Assembly (NCBI GenBank): GCA_001782045.1
Contig: MFNK01000012.1
Coordinates: 86,890 to 150,889 of the forward strand
From: Candidatus Levybacteria bacterium RIFCSPHIGHO2_01_FULL_36_15b
GTDB taxonomy: Bacteria; Patescibacteriota; Microgenomatia; Levybacterales; UBA12049
Length of the DNA: 64,000 bases
Direction: 5' to 3'
Part shown: positions 40,055 through 48,431 of the stretch, piece after piece
How the letters are laid out: each line of letters begins with the position of its first letter
Position numbering within the stretch: position 1 is the first letter of the stretch
Position numbers and translations under genes: made by a program
Notes under the pieces: model-generated
Told to the model about the DNA's origin: nothing
Databases searched by the model: none
Seen by the model: the letters and a program-made list of their open reading frames with translations, nothing else

Positions 40055-40540
40055 ATGAATGGAAGTTTTACCCCCCAGCAATTATTTGCATTTGTAGATA
40101 AGGCGGGTAAAGCGACTTATGCTGGAGGCGGAAAGTATGAGGAGAATCCAGAAAGACCTGGATTTTTTGAATTGGTTTATGATAAAGAATCACCTTGGTA
40201 TTACAGAGATAGTTATACGGGACATTCTAGATCTGGCGGGCAAGAAGTTGTTAGATTAAACAACGAACCAATTTGGTGGTCAGGTTATGGTGGAGGTATG
40301 GTGGAGGGTAAAGAAAATATGGCCGACCAAACTTTTGACTTTCTTAAGAAAGCTTTATCTCAGGATGAAGAAGGATTTGAGTCCTTAAGAGGTCCACATG
40401 AATTTACAGACGGAGATTGGAAATATAGCTATAATCAAGATGGCGACATCGTAGACTTTTATGGATACGAAGAGATTTCTTACAAAAGAGAAAAAGTATT
40501 TTGGCACAGAGCGGTCGGGGGGATACTAAAGCATAAATAG
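40055..40540 (+). CDS. Hypothetical protein, possibly DUF5680-type.
   Basis: 161 aa. Gly/aromatic-rich motifs (KATYAGGGKYEENP, YYRDSYTGHSRSGGQE, WWSGYGGGMVEG) resemble the DUF5680 family as I recall it; this is unverified. Confidence 0.4.
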   Translation: MNGSFTPQQLFAFVDKAGKATYAGGGKYEENPERPGFFELVYDKESPWYYRDSYTGHSRSGGQEVVRLNNEPIWWSGYGGGMVEGKENMADQTFDFLKKALSQDEEGFESLRGPHEFTDGDWKYSYNQDGDIVDFYGYEEISYKREKVFWHRAVGGILKHK

Positions 40541-40571
40541 AGCTTTTTCAATTCCTCGGAGCTGAATCCTG

Positions 40572-40664
40572 GATAATGTAACTATGACCCCGAATGATTC
40601 TTGACCGAGGTGGGGAGCAAAAAAAGACTTATAGTTTGATTCATTCCCATCTTCTTGGTATAAT
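40572..40664 (+). repeat. Promoter module copy 2 (paralogue of 39975..40048) upstream of the 216-aa gene.
   Basis: Extended -10 TGGTATAAT at 40656-40664, 12 nt before the ATG at 40677. Confidence 0.55.
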
Positions 40665-40676
40665 TTCTCCTCAGTT

Positions 40677-41327
40677 ATGGTTGTTTACCATTATTCACAG
40701 ATTGATAAATGGAACGAAATCGTTAGGGGTTCGTATAGATCTAGTGATCAGCCAGGTCTTGGTGCATGTAGAAGAATGGGTCACAGTGATCAGGAGGCTT
40801 GGGAAACTAGTGCTGTTTTTGCTTTGCTGGATCCAACTCCAAAAAGTTGGACACAAAATTCTTATTTTAAGGATATTTGGCAATGGCTTAAGTGGGATAT
40901 AGGGGATTTATTATTGGAGATAGCTGTAGACCTAGAAACAGATAATGTTTTTGTTGTTGATAGGGGTCATGTGGAAGGGTTTTTGTATCAGGATAAAACA
41001 GATATTCCTGAAAGATTTTTACATTCAACAAGGAAATTAGCTGAAAGAAAAATGATGGAAAGCAGAATTTCATTAAAAGACTTTTTAGCAAAAGAAGAAG
41101 AGTTACAGTATGCACTACCAGAGGTAATTTTCCCACAGCATGTTCCGTTAGATAAGATTAGAATTTCAAATACGCAACCTTCTTTAGAAGAAAAAGCAAG
41201 AACATATCCCGAGGGATGGTTCAGAGACCTTAAGATAAGAGCTAAGCAATATGTACCCGAACTTTCGAGTTGGATTAATAATTATGAATGTAGAGAAGTG
41301 TCTTCACCTAGTAAAGAAAGAAGGTAA
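40677..41327 (+). CDS. Hypothetical protein.
   Basis: 216 aa with no recognisable motif. By eye its GC content and codon usage differ from the core genes. Confidence 0.4.
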   Translation: MVVYHYSQIDKWNEIVRGSYRSSDQPGLGACRRMGHSDQEAWETSAVFALLDPTPKSWTQNSYFKDIWQWLKWDIGDLLLEIAVDLETDNVFVVDRGHVEGFLYQDKTDIPERFLHSTRKLAERKMMESRISLKDFLAKEEELQYALPEVIFPQHVPLDKIRISNTQPSLEEKARTYPEGWFRDLKIRAKQYVPELSSWINNYECREVSSPSKERR

Positions 41328-41347
41328 TAATATTTACATCGTTATGA

Positions 41348-41407
41348 AATAGGTTCTAACATCGTCTATCCCTCTGAGCAAAAGTTGTCATACCTCAACA
41401 ATTATTC
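41348..41407 (+). repeat. Intergenic repeat family, copy A (about 55 nt; core AATAGGYTCTAAC.TYGTCTATCC ... ATTATTC), directly after the stop of the 216-aa gene.
   Basis: Three-way alignment with 41676..41729 and 45633..45687. Confidence 0.6.
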
Positions 41408-41452
41408 TCGAAATATAGTATAGTATTAAGAAAGAAAGGAGGCGCAATATTT

Positions 41453-41650
41453 ATGAACGGGACAATTAAAAAGAAAACAGACAGAGGATTCGGGTTTATT
41501 TCTCGCGAAGGAGAAGCTAAAGATCTTTTTTTTCATTCTAACGATTTAGTAGGTGTTACTTTTGATGAACTTCAGGAAGGAGCAAGCGTAACATTCGACA
41601 TTGTAGATACTGAAAAAGGACAAGCTGCAAAAAATGTTAAGCTTGCCTAA
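41453..41650 (+). CDS. cspA: Cold-shock protein (CspA family).
   Basis: RNP1 GFGFI and RNP2 FFH motifs. 65 aa. Strong SD AAGGAGG 9 nt upstream of the ATG. Confidence 0.9.
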   Translation: MNGTIKKKTDRGFGFISREGEAKDLFFHSNDLVGVTFDELQEGASVTFDIVDTEKGQAAKNVKLA

Positions 41651-41675
41651 GTAATTTACCTAATAAACATATAGC

Positions 41676-41729
41676 AATAGGCTCTAACGTTGTCTATCCT
41701 GTGGAATAATTTAGTCTCAAAATTACTTC
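41676..41729 (+). repeat. Intergenic repeat family, copy B, downstream of csp.
   Basis: AATAGGCTCTAACGTTGTCTATCC aligns with copies A and C. Confidence 0.55.
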
Positions 41730-41810
41730 TGATACACTTAAGACGTGAAAGATATTCTAAAAAATCCAGTGCATGTTTTTACTCGAGCTGCAACCGGTAT
41801 ATATAACCTC

Positions 41811-41839
41811 TTGACATATACCCCCGTAGGGTATATCAT
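41811..41839 (+). promoter_or_regulatory. csoR-copA promoter (TTGACA-N17-TATCAT) with an embedded CsoR-type operator palindrome ATATACCC-ccgta-GGGTATAT.
   Basis: TTGACA at 41811-41816, -10 TATCAT at 41834-41839 (6 nt before the ATG at 41846) and a perfect 8-bp inverted repeat at 41816-41823 / 41829-41836. Confidence 0.55.
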
Positions 41840-41845
41840 ACTTCA

Positions 41846-42118
41846 ATGAAGCCACATTATGCGGATGTAAAAGTAAAATCCCAAAAACGTCTAAATATCA
41901 TAAAAGGACAATTGGATGGTCTTGGAAAAATGATAGGAAATGACGAATACTGTATAGACCTTCTTAATCAAAGCTTAGCAATTCAAAATTCTCTAAAGAG
42001 CCTCGACGCAGTTTTATTCGAAAGGCATCTCAAAACACACGTTTCACACCAGTTTAAAAACCAAGAGGAAAAAGCAGCCTCCGAATTAGTTGATTTATTT
42101 AAAAGAGTAAATAAATAA
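41846..42118 (+). CDS. csoR: CsoR/RcnR-family metal-sensing transcriptional repressor.
   Basis: 90-aa all-helical protein with ligand positions Cys (DEYCIDLL) and His (ERHLKTHVSH) spaced as in the Cu(I)-binding W-X-Y-Z motif. Located directly upstream of copA. Confidence 0.8.
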   Translation: MKPHYADVKVKSQKRLNIIKGQLDGLGKMIGNDEYCIDLLNQSLAIQNSLKSLDAVLFERHLKTHVSHQFKNQEEKAASELVDLFKRVNK

Positions 42119-42124
42119 CCTTTT

Positions 42125-44407
42125 ATGCAAAAACAAACTTTCGAAATCTCCGGAATGCATTGTGCAAGCTGTAGCTCAATTATTTCAAAGAAGCTTAAAA
42201 AACTTCCGGGAATTGAATCCTGCGATGTTAATTTTGCGACAGAAAAAGCGAATATATCTTTTGATAGCAAGAAGATAGATGTGGACATAATGAATAATGA
42301 GATAAACAAGCTTGGTTATTCTCTTTCCTCAAGACATTCTTCTATGAATAATTCAATGTCGGGAATGGATCATTCAGAACACTTAGGACATAATCTATCA
42401 AAAGATGAAAAAGTTAAAGAACTTAATTTACTAAGAAGAAAAGTAAAATTTTCACTTCCTATTACATTTATGGTATTTTTTCTAATGATTTGGGATATTG
42501 TTAAAAATATTGCTCCCTCATTACCAGAATTTCCTATTCCTATGCAACTTTTTAATACTATCTTATTTATTTTAGCAAGCTTCATTTTATTTTGGGTGGG
42601 AAAACCTTACTTGGAAGCAGTACTAAGATTTATAAAATATAGAGTTGCCAATATGGATTCCCTAGTTGGAATTGGAACTTTAACTGCCTATCTTTATAGC
42701 TCTTTTGTATTCTTGTTTCCCCAACTTAGAGAATCCTTATCGTTACCGGAATATACATACTTTGATGTTGCCATTGTTGTTACAGGATTTATTACATTGG
42801 GAAAATATTTGGAAGCACGTTCAAAATTAAGAACAGGAGAGGCAATCGAAAAACTTTTAAACTTACAGGCTAAAACAGCATTAGTTAAAAGGGCAGGTAA
42901 AGAAATTGAAATACCTATATCAGAAGTTGTAGTTGGAGATATCTTAATTGTTAAGCCTGGTTCAAAAATTCCGGTTGATGGAATAATTATTGAGGGAGAA
43001 ACATCAATTGACGAGTCCATGATTAGCGGAGAACCTCTTCCTAAGGATAAGAATAAAGGAGATTTTGTAATTGGTTCTACAATTAATAAACAAGGAAGTT
43101 TTACCTTTAGAGCTAATAAAGTCGGATCTGAAACAATGCTAGCGCAAATAGTACAACTTGTAGAGAATGCTCAGGGGTCAAAAGCTAACATACAAAATTT
43201 AGCAGATAAAATATCCTCTGTTTTTATACCGGTAGTTTTGGCTTTGTCAGTCATAACTTTTATAGTTTGGATTACGATTGGAACCTACTTTTTGGGATTC
43301 ACCTCTGCCTTATCTTTCGCACTTTTATCTTTTGTTGGTATTTTAGTAATTGCTTGTCCTTGCGCGCTTGGACTTGCAACTCCAACAGCTATTATTGTTG
43401 GCGTTGGAAAAGGTGCGGAAAAAGGCATACTTATTAAAAATGCTGAAAGCCTTGAAAGGCTTCATACGATAAAAACCTTAGTATTTGATAAAACCGGAAC
43501 AATTACAAATGGTAAACCAACAGTGACTGATGTTATTGTTTTAGACCCAGCATTTACAGAAAGCAAATTATTACAGATTGCTTCTAGTTTAGAGAAAAAT
43601 TCACAACATCCCTTGGCTAATGCAGTTTCGGAAAAAGCAAAAGCCTTAAAAATAAATTTCTTAAAAGTGACTTCATTTAAAGAATATGAAGGTATAGGCG
43701 TTGAGGGAATAGTTGATAATAAATTTATTATTGTCCGAAAACCAAAACAAACCGATATAAATATTCCAAAACTTGAAATTCTTCAGTCTGAAGGGAAAAC
43801 CGTAATTATTATTGAAAGCAATAAAAAGATAGTGGGGGCACTTGCTATAAGTGATACCATTAAAAATGGAGTAAAAGAAACAATAGAAAAACTACACAAC
43901 TTAAACATTAAAACAATAATGTTAACAGGAGATAATAGAAAAGCAGCTGAAAACATAGCCAAGCAGTTAGGAATAGACGATGTAAGAGCAGAGGTTTTGC
44001 CAAAAGATAAATCGGATGTGATAAAAAAACTTCAAGAAAACGGAGATAAAATAGCAATGGTTGGAGACGGCATTAACGATGCTCCAGCGTTAACACAAGC
44101 AGATATAGGAATTGCTATGGCAACAGGAACAGATATTGCGATTGAGTCTTCAGACATAACGCTTTTAGGAGGAGACATTTTAAAAATTCCCTTTGCTTTT
44201 AAACTATCCAAATCAACGATCAGAACAATTAAGCAGAATTTATTCTGGGCATTTATCTACAATATTGTTGGAATCCCACTTGCAGCGGGTGTTTTATATC
44301 CTTTATTTGGGATATTTTTAAATCCAGTATTTGCAGGTATGGCTATGGCATTATCTTCTGTTTCTGTTGTAGGTAATTCGTTATTATTAAAGAAGATAAG
44401 AATTTAA
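42125..44407 (+). CDS. copA: Copper-translocating P1B-type ATPase.
   Basis: N-terminal HMA GMHCASCSS, TM6 CPC (ACPCALGLATP), DKTGTIT and GDGINDAPAL. Confidence 0.9.
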   Translation: MQKQTFEISGMHCASCSSIISKKLKKLPGIESCDVNFATEKANISFDSKKIDVDIMNNEINKLGYSLSSRHSSMNNSMSGMDHSEHLGHNLSKDEKVKELNLLRRKVKFSLPITFMVFFLMIWDIVKNIAPSLPEFPIPMQLFNTILFILASFILFWVGKPYLEAVLRFIKYRVANMDSLVGIGTLTAYLYSSFVFLFPQLRESLSLPEYTYFDVAIVVTGFITLGKYLEARSKLRTGEAIEKLLNLQAKTALVKRAGKEIEIPISEVVVGDILIVKPGSKIPVDGIIIEGETSIDESMISGEPLPKDKNKGDFVIGSTINKQGSFTFRANKVGSETMLAQIVQLVENAQGSKANIQNLADKISSVFIPVVLALSVITFIVWITIGTYFLGFTSALSFALLSFVGILVIACPCALGLATPTAIIVGVGKGAEKGILIKNAESLERLHTIKTLVFDKTGTITNGKPTVTDVIVLDPAFTESKLLQIASSLEKNSQHPLANAVSEKAKALKINFLKVTSFKEYEGIGVEGIVDNKFIIVRKPKQTDINIPKLEILQSEGKTVIIIESNKKIVGALAISDTIKNGVKETIEKLHNLNIKTIMLTGDNRKAAENIAKQLGIDDVRAEVLPKDKSDVIKKLQENGDKIAMVGDGINDAPALTQADIGIAMATGTDIAIESSDITLLGGDILKIPFAFKLSKSTIRTIKQNLFWAFIYNIVGIPLAAGVLYPLFGIFLNPVFAGMAMALSSVSVVGNSLLLKKIRI

Positions 44408-44408
44408 T

Positions 44409-45425
44409 ATGAATCTATTAGTAATCTTTATAACTGGTTTAACGGTGGGAGGATTAACCTGTCTTGCTGTTCAAGGAGGCCTTCTTGCCTCTGTAATTGC
44501 GTCTCGGGAGGAGGAATTAACTAAAGACAGGAAATGGCACGCGATATATAGCACTGGTGCGTTTTTGGTGACTAAGTTAATTACCTATACAATATTGGGT
44601 TTTTTATTAGGCTCTTTTGGAGGAGCAATTAATATTGGAGGAAGGATACAAACTTTTATGCAACTTGCTGCCGGAGTATATATGGTAATTGTTGCATTGA
44701 ACCTATTGAATATACATCCTATTTTTCGCTACGCAATTATTCAACCCCCAAGATTTTTAACCAAACTTATAAGAAATCAATCTAAATCTAAAGATTTATT
44801 TGCACCGGCTTTTTTGGGAGCTATGACAGTTTTTATTCCATGCGGAACCACAATTGCTATAGAAGCATTGGCTATAAGTAGCGCAAATGGAGTAAGCGGC
44901 GCATTGATAATGTTTGCCTTTATATTAGGAACAATACCTCTTTTTTTTGGAATTGGTTTCCTAACTTCGTTGCTTGGAGATGCGTTTAAAACAAAATTCT
45001 TCAGACTTGCAGCAGTTTTGGTAATGCTTCTTGGAGTAACCTCTATTAACGGAGCATTAATTGCCCTGGGGTCACCGATGTCTTTTAATTCAGTTGCTAA
45101 AACTTTTAATAACTTATTTACCCAAAAAACAAATGGTCCAAGAATGAGTGTTGCTACTAATCAAAATCCAGAAATAACGGTAACTTCTTCTGGATACTAT
45201 CCTAATTTAATTAAGGTAAAGAAGGGCATACCAGTTACCATCACCTTAGTTGGAAAAGACGCATATAGCTGTGCTTCTGCTTTTAGAATCCCATCCTTGG
45301 GAATAGGAGTAAATTTAAAATCAGCAAACGATATTCAAAAAATTACATTCGTACCGCAAAAGACAGGAGAAATTTCTTTTAGCTGCTCCATGGGCATGTA
45401 TACGGGAATTATTGAAGTTCTATGA
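44409..45425 (+). CDS. Polytopic membrane protein with a C-terminal cupredoxin-like beta domain (putative copper-handling partner of CopA).
   Basis: About 6 TM helices with Cys in TM1 (LTCLAVQGG) and a TM CGT motif. The C-terminal ~90 aa are beta-rich with Cys/Met (SCASAF, SCSMGMY). It is translationally coupled: the start is 2 nt after the copA stop and the end overlaps copZ. Confidence 0.5.
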   Translation: MNLLVIFITGLTVGGLTCLAVQGGLLASVIASREEELTKDRKWHAIYSTGAFLVTKLITYTILGFLLGSFGGAINIGGRIQTFMQLAAGVYMVIVALNLLNIHPIFRYAIIQPPRFLTKLIRNQSKSKDLFAPAFLGAMTVFIPCGTTIAIEALAISSANGVSGALIMFAFILGTIPLFFGIGFLTSLLGDAFKTKFFRLAAVLVMLLGVTSINGALIALGSPMSFNSVAKTFNNLFTQKTNGPRMSVATNQNPEITVTSSGYYPNLIKVKKGIPVTITLVGKDAYSCASAFRIPSLGIGVNLKSANDIQKITFVPQKTGEISFSCSMGMYTGIIEVL

Positions 45426-45637
45426 AAAAAATACAATTAAATATTGAAGGGATGCATTGCTCAAGCTGCGCTATGAATATAGACTTTGATTTGGAAGACT
45501 TGAATGGTGTAAAAACTGCTAAAACAAGTTATGCTAAGCAAAAATGTGAAGTAGAATTTGATGAGAACAAGGTAACAATTGAAGAAGTTCTAGAGCAAGT
45601 TAATAAAACTGGTTATAATGCAGGATTGGTAAAATAG
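45422..45637 (+). CDS. copZ: Copper chaperone CopZ (HMA domain).
   Basis: GMHCSSCAMNI MxCxxC motif in a 71-aa ferredoxin-like protein. Confidence 0.8.
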   Translation: MKKIQLNIEGMHCSSCAMNIDFDLEDLNGVKTAKTSYAKQKCEVEFDENKVTIEEVLEQVNKTGYNAGLVK

Positions 45638-45687
45638 ATTCTAAACTTGTCTAATCCACAGAGCACAAGTTGCCGTACAAATTATTC
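45633..45687 (+). repeat. Intergenic repeat family, copy C, overlapping the copZ stop codon.
   Basis: AATAGATTCTAAACTTGTCTAATCC...CAAGTTGCCGTACAAATTATTC is most similar to copy A. It contains a 7-bp inverted repeat AACTTGT/ACAAGTT. Confidence 0.55.
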
Positions 45688-45714
45688 AATAAAATAAGGT
45701 ATAATAATACTGTT

Positions 45715-45831
45715 ATGGCAAAAAGAGATACAGGAGTTGGAAAGAAAAAAAAGTCCCGTTCTTATAAAACAAAAAAAAGACGAGAAGCAAAAAAACTAAT
45801 GCTTTCTTTAAAGAAAAAAAGACGCAAGTAG
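45715..45831 (+). CDS. Candidate small ORF encoding a 38-aa highly basic peptide (MAKRDTGVGKKKKSRSYKTKKRREAKKLMLSLKKKRRK).
   Basis: Manual translation. TATAAT at 45699-45704 lies 10 nt upstream of the ATG. Composition resembles ribosomal or nucleic-acid-binding peptides. Missed by the ORF track because it is under 60 aa. Confidence 0.3.
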   Translation: MAKRDTGVGKKKKSRSYKTKKRREAKKLMLSLKKKRRK

Positions 45832-45912
45832 TTCCACGTTATAAGTTATCAGATTTTCCTACAACCCTCTGTTTCATTTAAATGCACCAAATGATAAAAT
45901 ACAAGTCTAAAT

Positions 45913-46911
45913 ATGGTAAGAATGCCTAACATTGTAACCATAGGAGGAGGCACAGGCAGTTATACTGCTCTCTATGGTCTTAAAAAATACCCACTAAAGC
46001 TTACTGCAATTGTTAATATGGTAGACGATGGAGGTTCGAGTGGAAGATTACGAGACGAACTTGGCGTACTCCCGCCGGGTGACGTAAGGCAGTGCTTAGT
46101 TGCTTTAGCAGAATCGTCAAAATTATTGCGGGATATGTTTAATTACAGATTTGAAGACGGAGGATTAAAGGGGCATAGTTTTGGCAATATTTTTCTTTCA
46201 ACGCTTGAAAAGCAAACCGGAAGCATGAAAAAAGCAATAGCAGAAGTTGGTAAAATATTAAATATTAAAGGCCATGTAGTTCCTATTACATTTACAAAAA
46301 AAACAAATTTATGTGTAGACCTTGAGGACGGTAAAACCATTGTAGGAGAAACTCATATTGATGAAGTTGAGGCTAAAGAACACAGAGCCCCAATTAAAAA
46401 GGTTTATTTAAAACCAAAAGCAGAACTAAATGCAGACGCAAAAATAGCTCTTGAAAAAGCAGATTTTATTTTAATAGGGCCAGGAGATTTATTTACAAGC
46501 GTATTGCCAAACATTCTAGTAACCGGCGTTACAGAGATAATTAAACACTCTAAAGCTAAAAAGATTTTCGTTGTTAATATAATGACAAAATATGGACATA
46601 CGACTGGCTATGGAGCAAAAAAACACGTTGAAGAAATAGAAAAATATTTAGGTAAAAACGTAATTGATTATGTATTGGTAAATTCAAAAAAACCAAAAAA
46701 AATTACCCATTCATGGTACGAAGAATTCGAAGAGCATCCGGTCGAAGATGACTTGGAGGATAATAGATATAAAGTTATTCGGAAAGACTTGTTGAAAGAT
46801 TTTATTATTGTACAAAACCCAGTTGATGCAAGAAGAAGAAGTATTATAAGACACCACCCCAAAAAATTGGCTAAAGAGATTGTAAATATAATTGAAAATT
46901 TCTCCCTTTAA
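45913..46911 (+). CDS. yvcK: YvcK/CofD-like gluconeogenesis factor family protein (UPF0052).
   Basis: IVTIGGGTGSYTALYGLK and VNMVDDGGSSGRLR motifs. Confidence 0.8.
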   Translation: MVRMPNIVTIGGGTGSYTALYGLKKYPLKLTAIVNMVDDGGSSGRLRDELGVLPPGDVRQCLVALAESSKLLRDMFNYRFEDGGLKGHSFGNIFLSTLEKQTGSMKKAIAEVGKILNIKGHVVPITFTKKTNLCVDLEDGKTIVGETHIDEVEAKEHRAPIKKVYLKPKAELNADAKIALEKADFILIGPGDLFTSVLPNILVTGVTEIIKHSKAKKIFVVNIMTKYGHTTGYGAKKHVEEIEKYLGKNVIDYVLVNSKKPKKITHSWYEEFEEHPVEDDLEDNRYKVIRKDLLKDFIIVQNPVDARRRSIIRHHPKKLAKEIVNIIENFSL

Positions 46912-46925
46912 GCTATCATTAAAGA

Positions 46926-48431
46926 GTGATAGATAAATTATTTAAACCACTCGATGATTTTTTAAATTTTGTCACAATGTACAGGCTAATGCTGTATTAC
47001 TTGATAATTTTATGGTTCTTAGCCTTAGCTTTAAGTTTTTTAAACCTATTACCATTTACACCCGTTGCATTAATTTTTAGTACAGTATTAATACTACTTA
47101 CTTGTTATATATCAAATATATTTTTTGAAAAAGTTTTCAGGGCCATAACAAATTTTGAATCCACTTACATTTCAGCTCTAATTTTAACTTTAATCATAAC
47201 CCCCTCAATTAATGCGCAAAATATTCAGTTTGCTATAGCAGCAGGAATCATATCAATGGCATCCAAGTATATTCTTGCACTTAATAAAAAACATATTTTC
47301 AATCCTGCCGCAATTGGGGTTTTGATTCCCTCTTTGTTTTCTTTTGGTGGTGCTAGCTGGTGGGCTGGCGCACCTTTAATGAATATTGCAGTTCTTTTGG
47401 GGGGAGTATTAATAGTTAGAAAAATACAAAGATTTGATTTAGTATTAAGCTTCTTATTATTCCATGCGCTAACAATTATTTTTCTTTCAGTAGTTAATCC
47501 AATGGATATTGCTAGCCTTTTAATGACGTCATTTGCTACCTCATCAATTTTATTTTTTGCTTCTGTTATGCTTACCGAGCCATCAACTACACCCCCTGCA
47601 AGAAAATTTCGTGTTTTCTACGCGGGAGTAATAGGTATGCTTTCCTTTTTCCAGACCTTTGAACTTGCACTTATTGTTGGAAACATTTTTTCATATATTT
47701 TCAGCCACAAAGAAAAACTTATGCTAAAACTCAAGGAAAGAATAAAGCTAACAAATGATACCTACGAATTCGTGTTTTCAAAAGAACAAGGTTTTCTTTA
47801 TGAGCCTGGCCAGTATTTGGAATGGACAATAGAAACTAAAAAAATAGACAGACGGGGTAACAGAAGGTTTTTTACGATAGCATCATCTCCTACAGAAAAA
47901 GACTTAAAAATAGGGATCAAAGTTTATGATAGACCAAGCAGCTTTAAAAATACCTTAATGAGCCTTAAGCTTGGGGATAAAGCGCTTGCTGGAAATCTTG
48001 CAGGAGATTTCGTTCTTCCAAAAGAAACAAAAAGTCTAATTTTTGTAGCAGGAGGAATAGGTATAACACCCTTTAGAAGTATGATTAAATACCTTCTTGA
48101 TAAAAACATTAAACGTCAAATAGTCCTTTATTATTCAAACAAGAATGAAGATGAGATAGTTTATAAGGATATATTTGATGAAGCGGAAAGGAAATTGAAT
48201 ATTAAAACTGTTTACAATCTAACAGACATAAATAACATAGGTGCTCAATGGAGGGGATATAAAGGAAGATTAAATGAAGAAATTATAAAAAAAGAATCCC
48301 CCGAATATAAAAATTCAATTTTTTATCTTTCTGGGCCACATGCAATGGTTGTGGGATTTGAAGACACCTTATTAAAAATGGGAGTAAATTCATCACAGGT
48401 TAAAAAGGACTTTTTTCCTGGTTATGTTTAG
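46926..48431 (+). CDS. Membrane oxidoreductase: RnfD/NqrB-like polytopic N-domain fused to a ferredoxin-NADP reductase-like FAD/NAD(P)-binding domain.
   Basis: N-terminal TM region with HIFNPAA. C-terminal RRFFTIASSP (RxYS FAD motif), GGIGITPF (NAD(P) GGxGxxP) and SGPHAMV. Confidence 0.55.
   Translation: MIDKLFKPLDDFLNFVTMYRLMLYYLIILWFLALALSFLNLLPFTPVALIFSTVLILLTCYISNIFFEKVFRAITNFESTYISALILTLIITPSINAQNIQFAIAAGIISMASKYILALNKKHIFNPAAIGVLIPSLFSFGGASWWAGAPLMNIAVLLGGVLIVRKIQRFDLVLSFLLFHALTIIFLSVVNPMDIASLLMTSFATSSILFFASVMLTEPSTTPPARKFRVFYAGVIGMLSFFQTFELALIVGNIFSYIFSHKEKLMLKLKERIKLTNDTYEFVFSKEQGFLYEPGQYLEWTIETKKIDRRGNRRFFTIASSPTEKDLKIGIKVYDRPSSFKNTLMSLKLGDKALAGNLAGDFVLPKETKSLIFVAGGIGITPFRSMIKYLLDKNIKRQIVLYYSNKNEDEIVYKDIFDEAERKLNIKTVYNLTDINNIGAQWRGYKGRLNEEIIKKESPEYKNSIFYLSGPHAMVVGFEDTLLKMGVNSSQVKKDFFPGYV

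Noticed and set aside
41348-45687. The three-copy downstream repeat interpreted as integron attC sites.
   Set aside because: Each copy starts near a stop codon and contains TCTAAC, which superficially resembles the inverse core site RYYYAAC. But no matching GTTRRRY core site closes the elements, the imperfect-palindrome structure is not conserved, and there is no intI.
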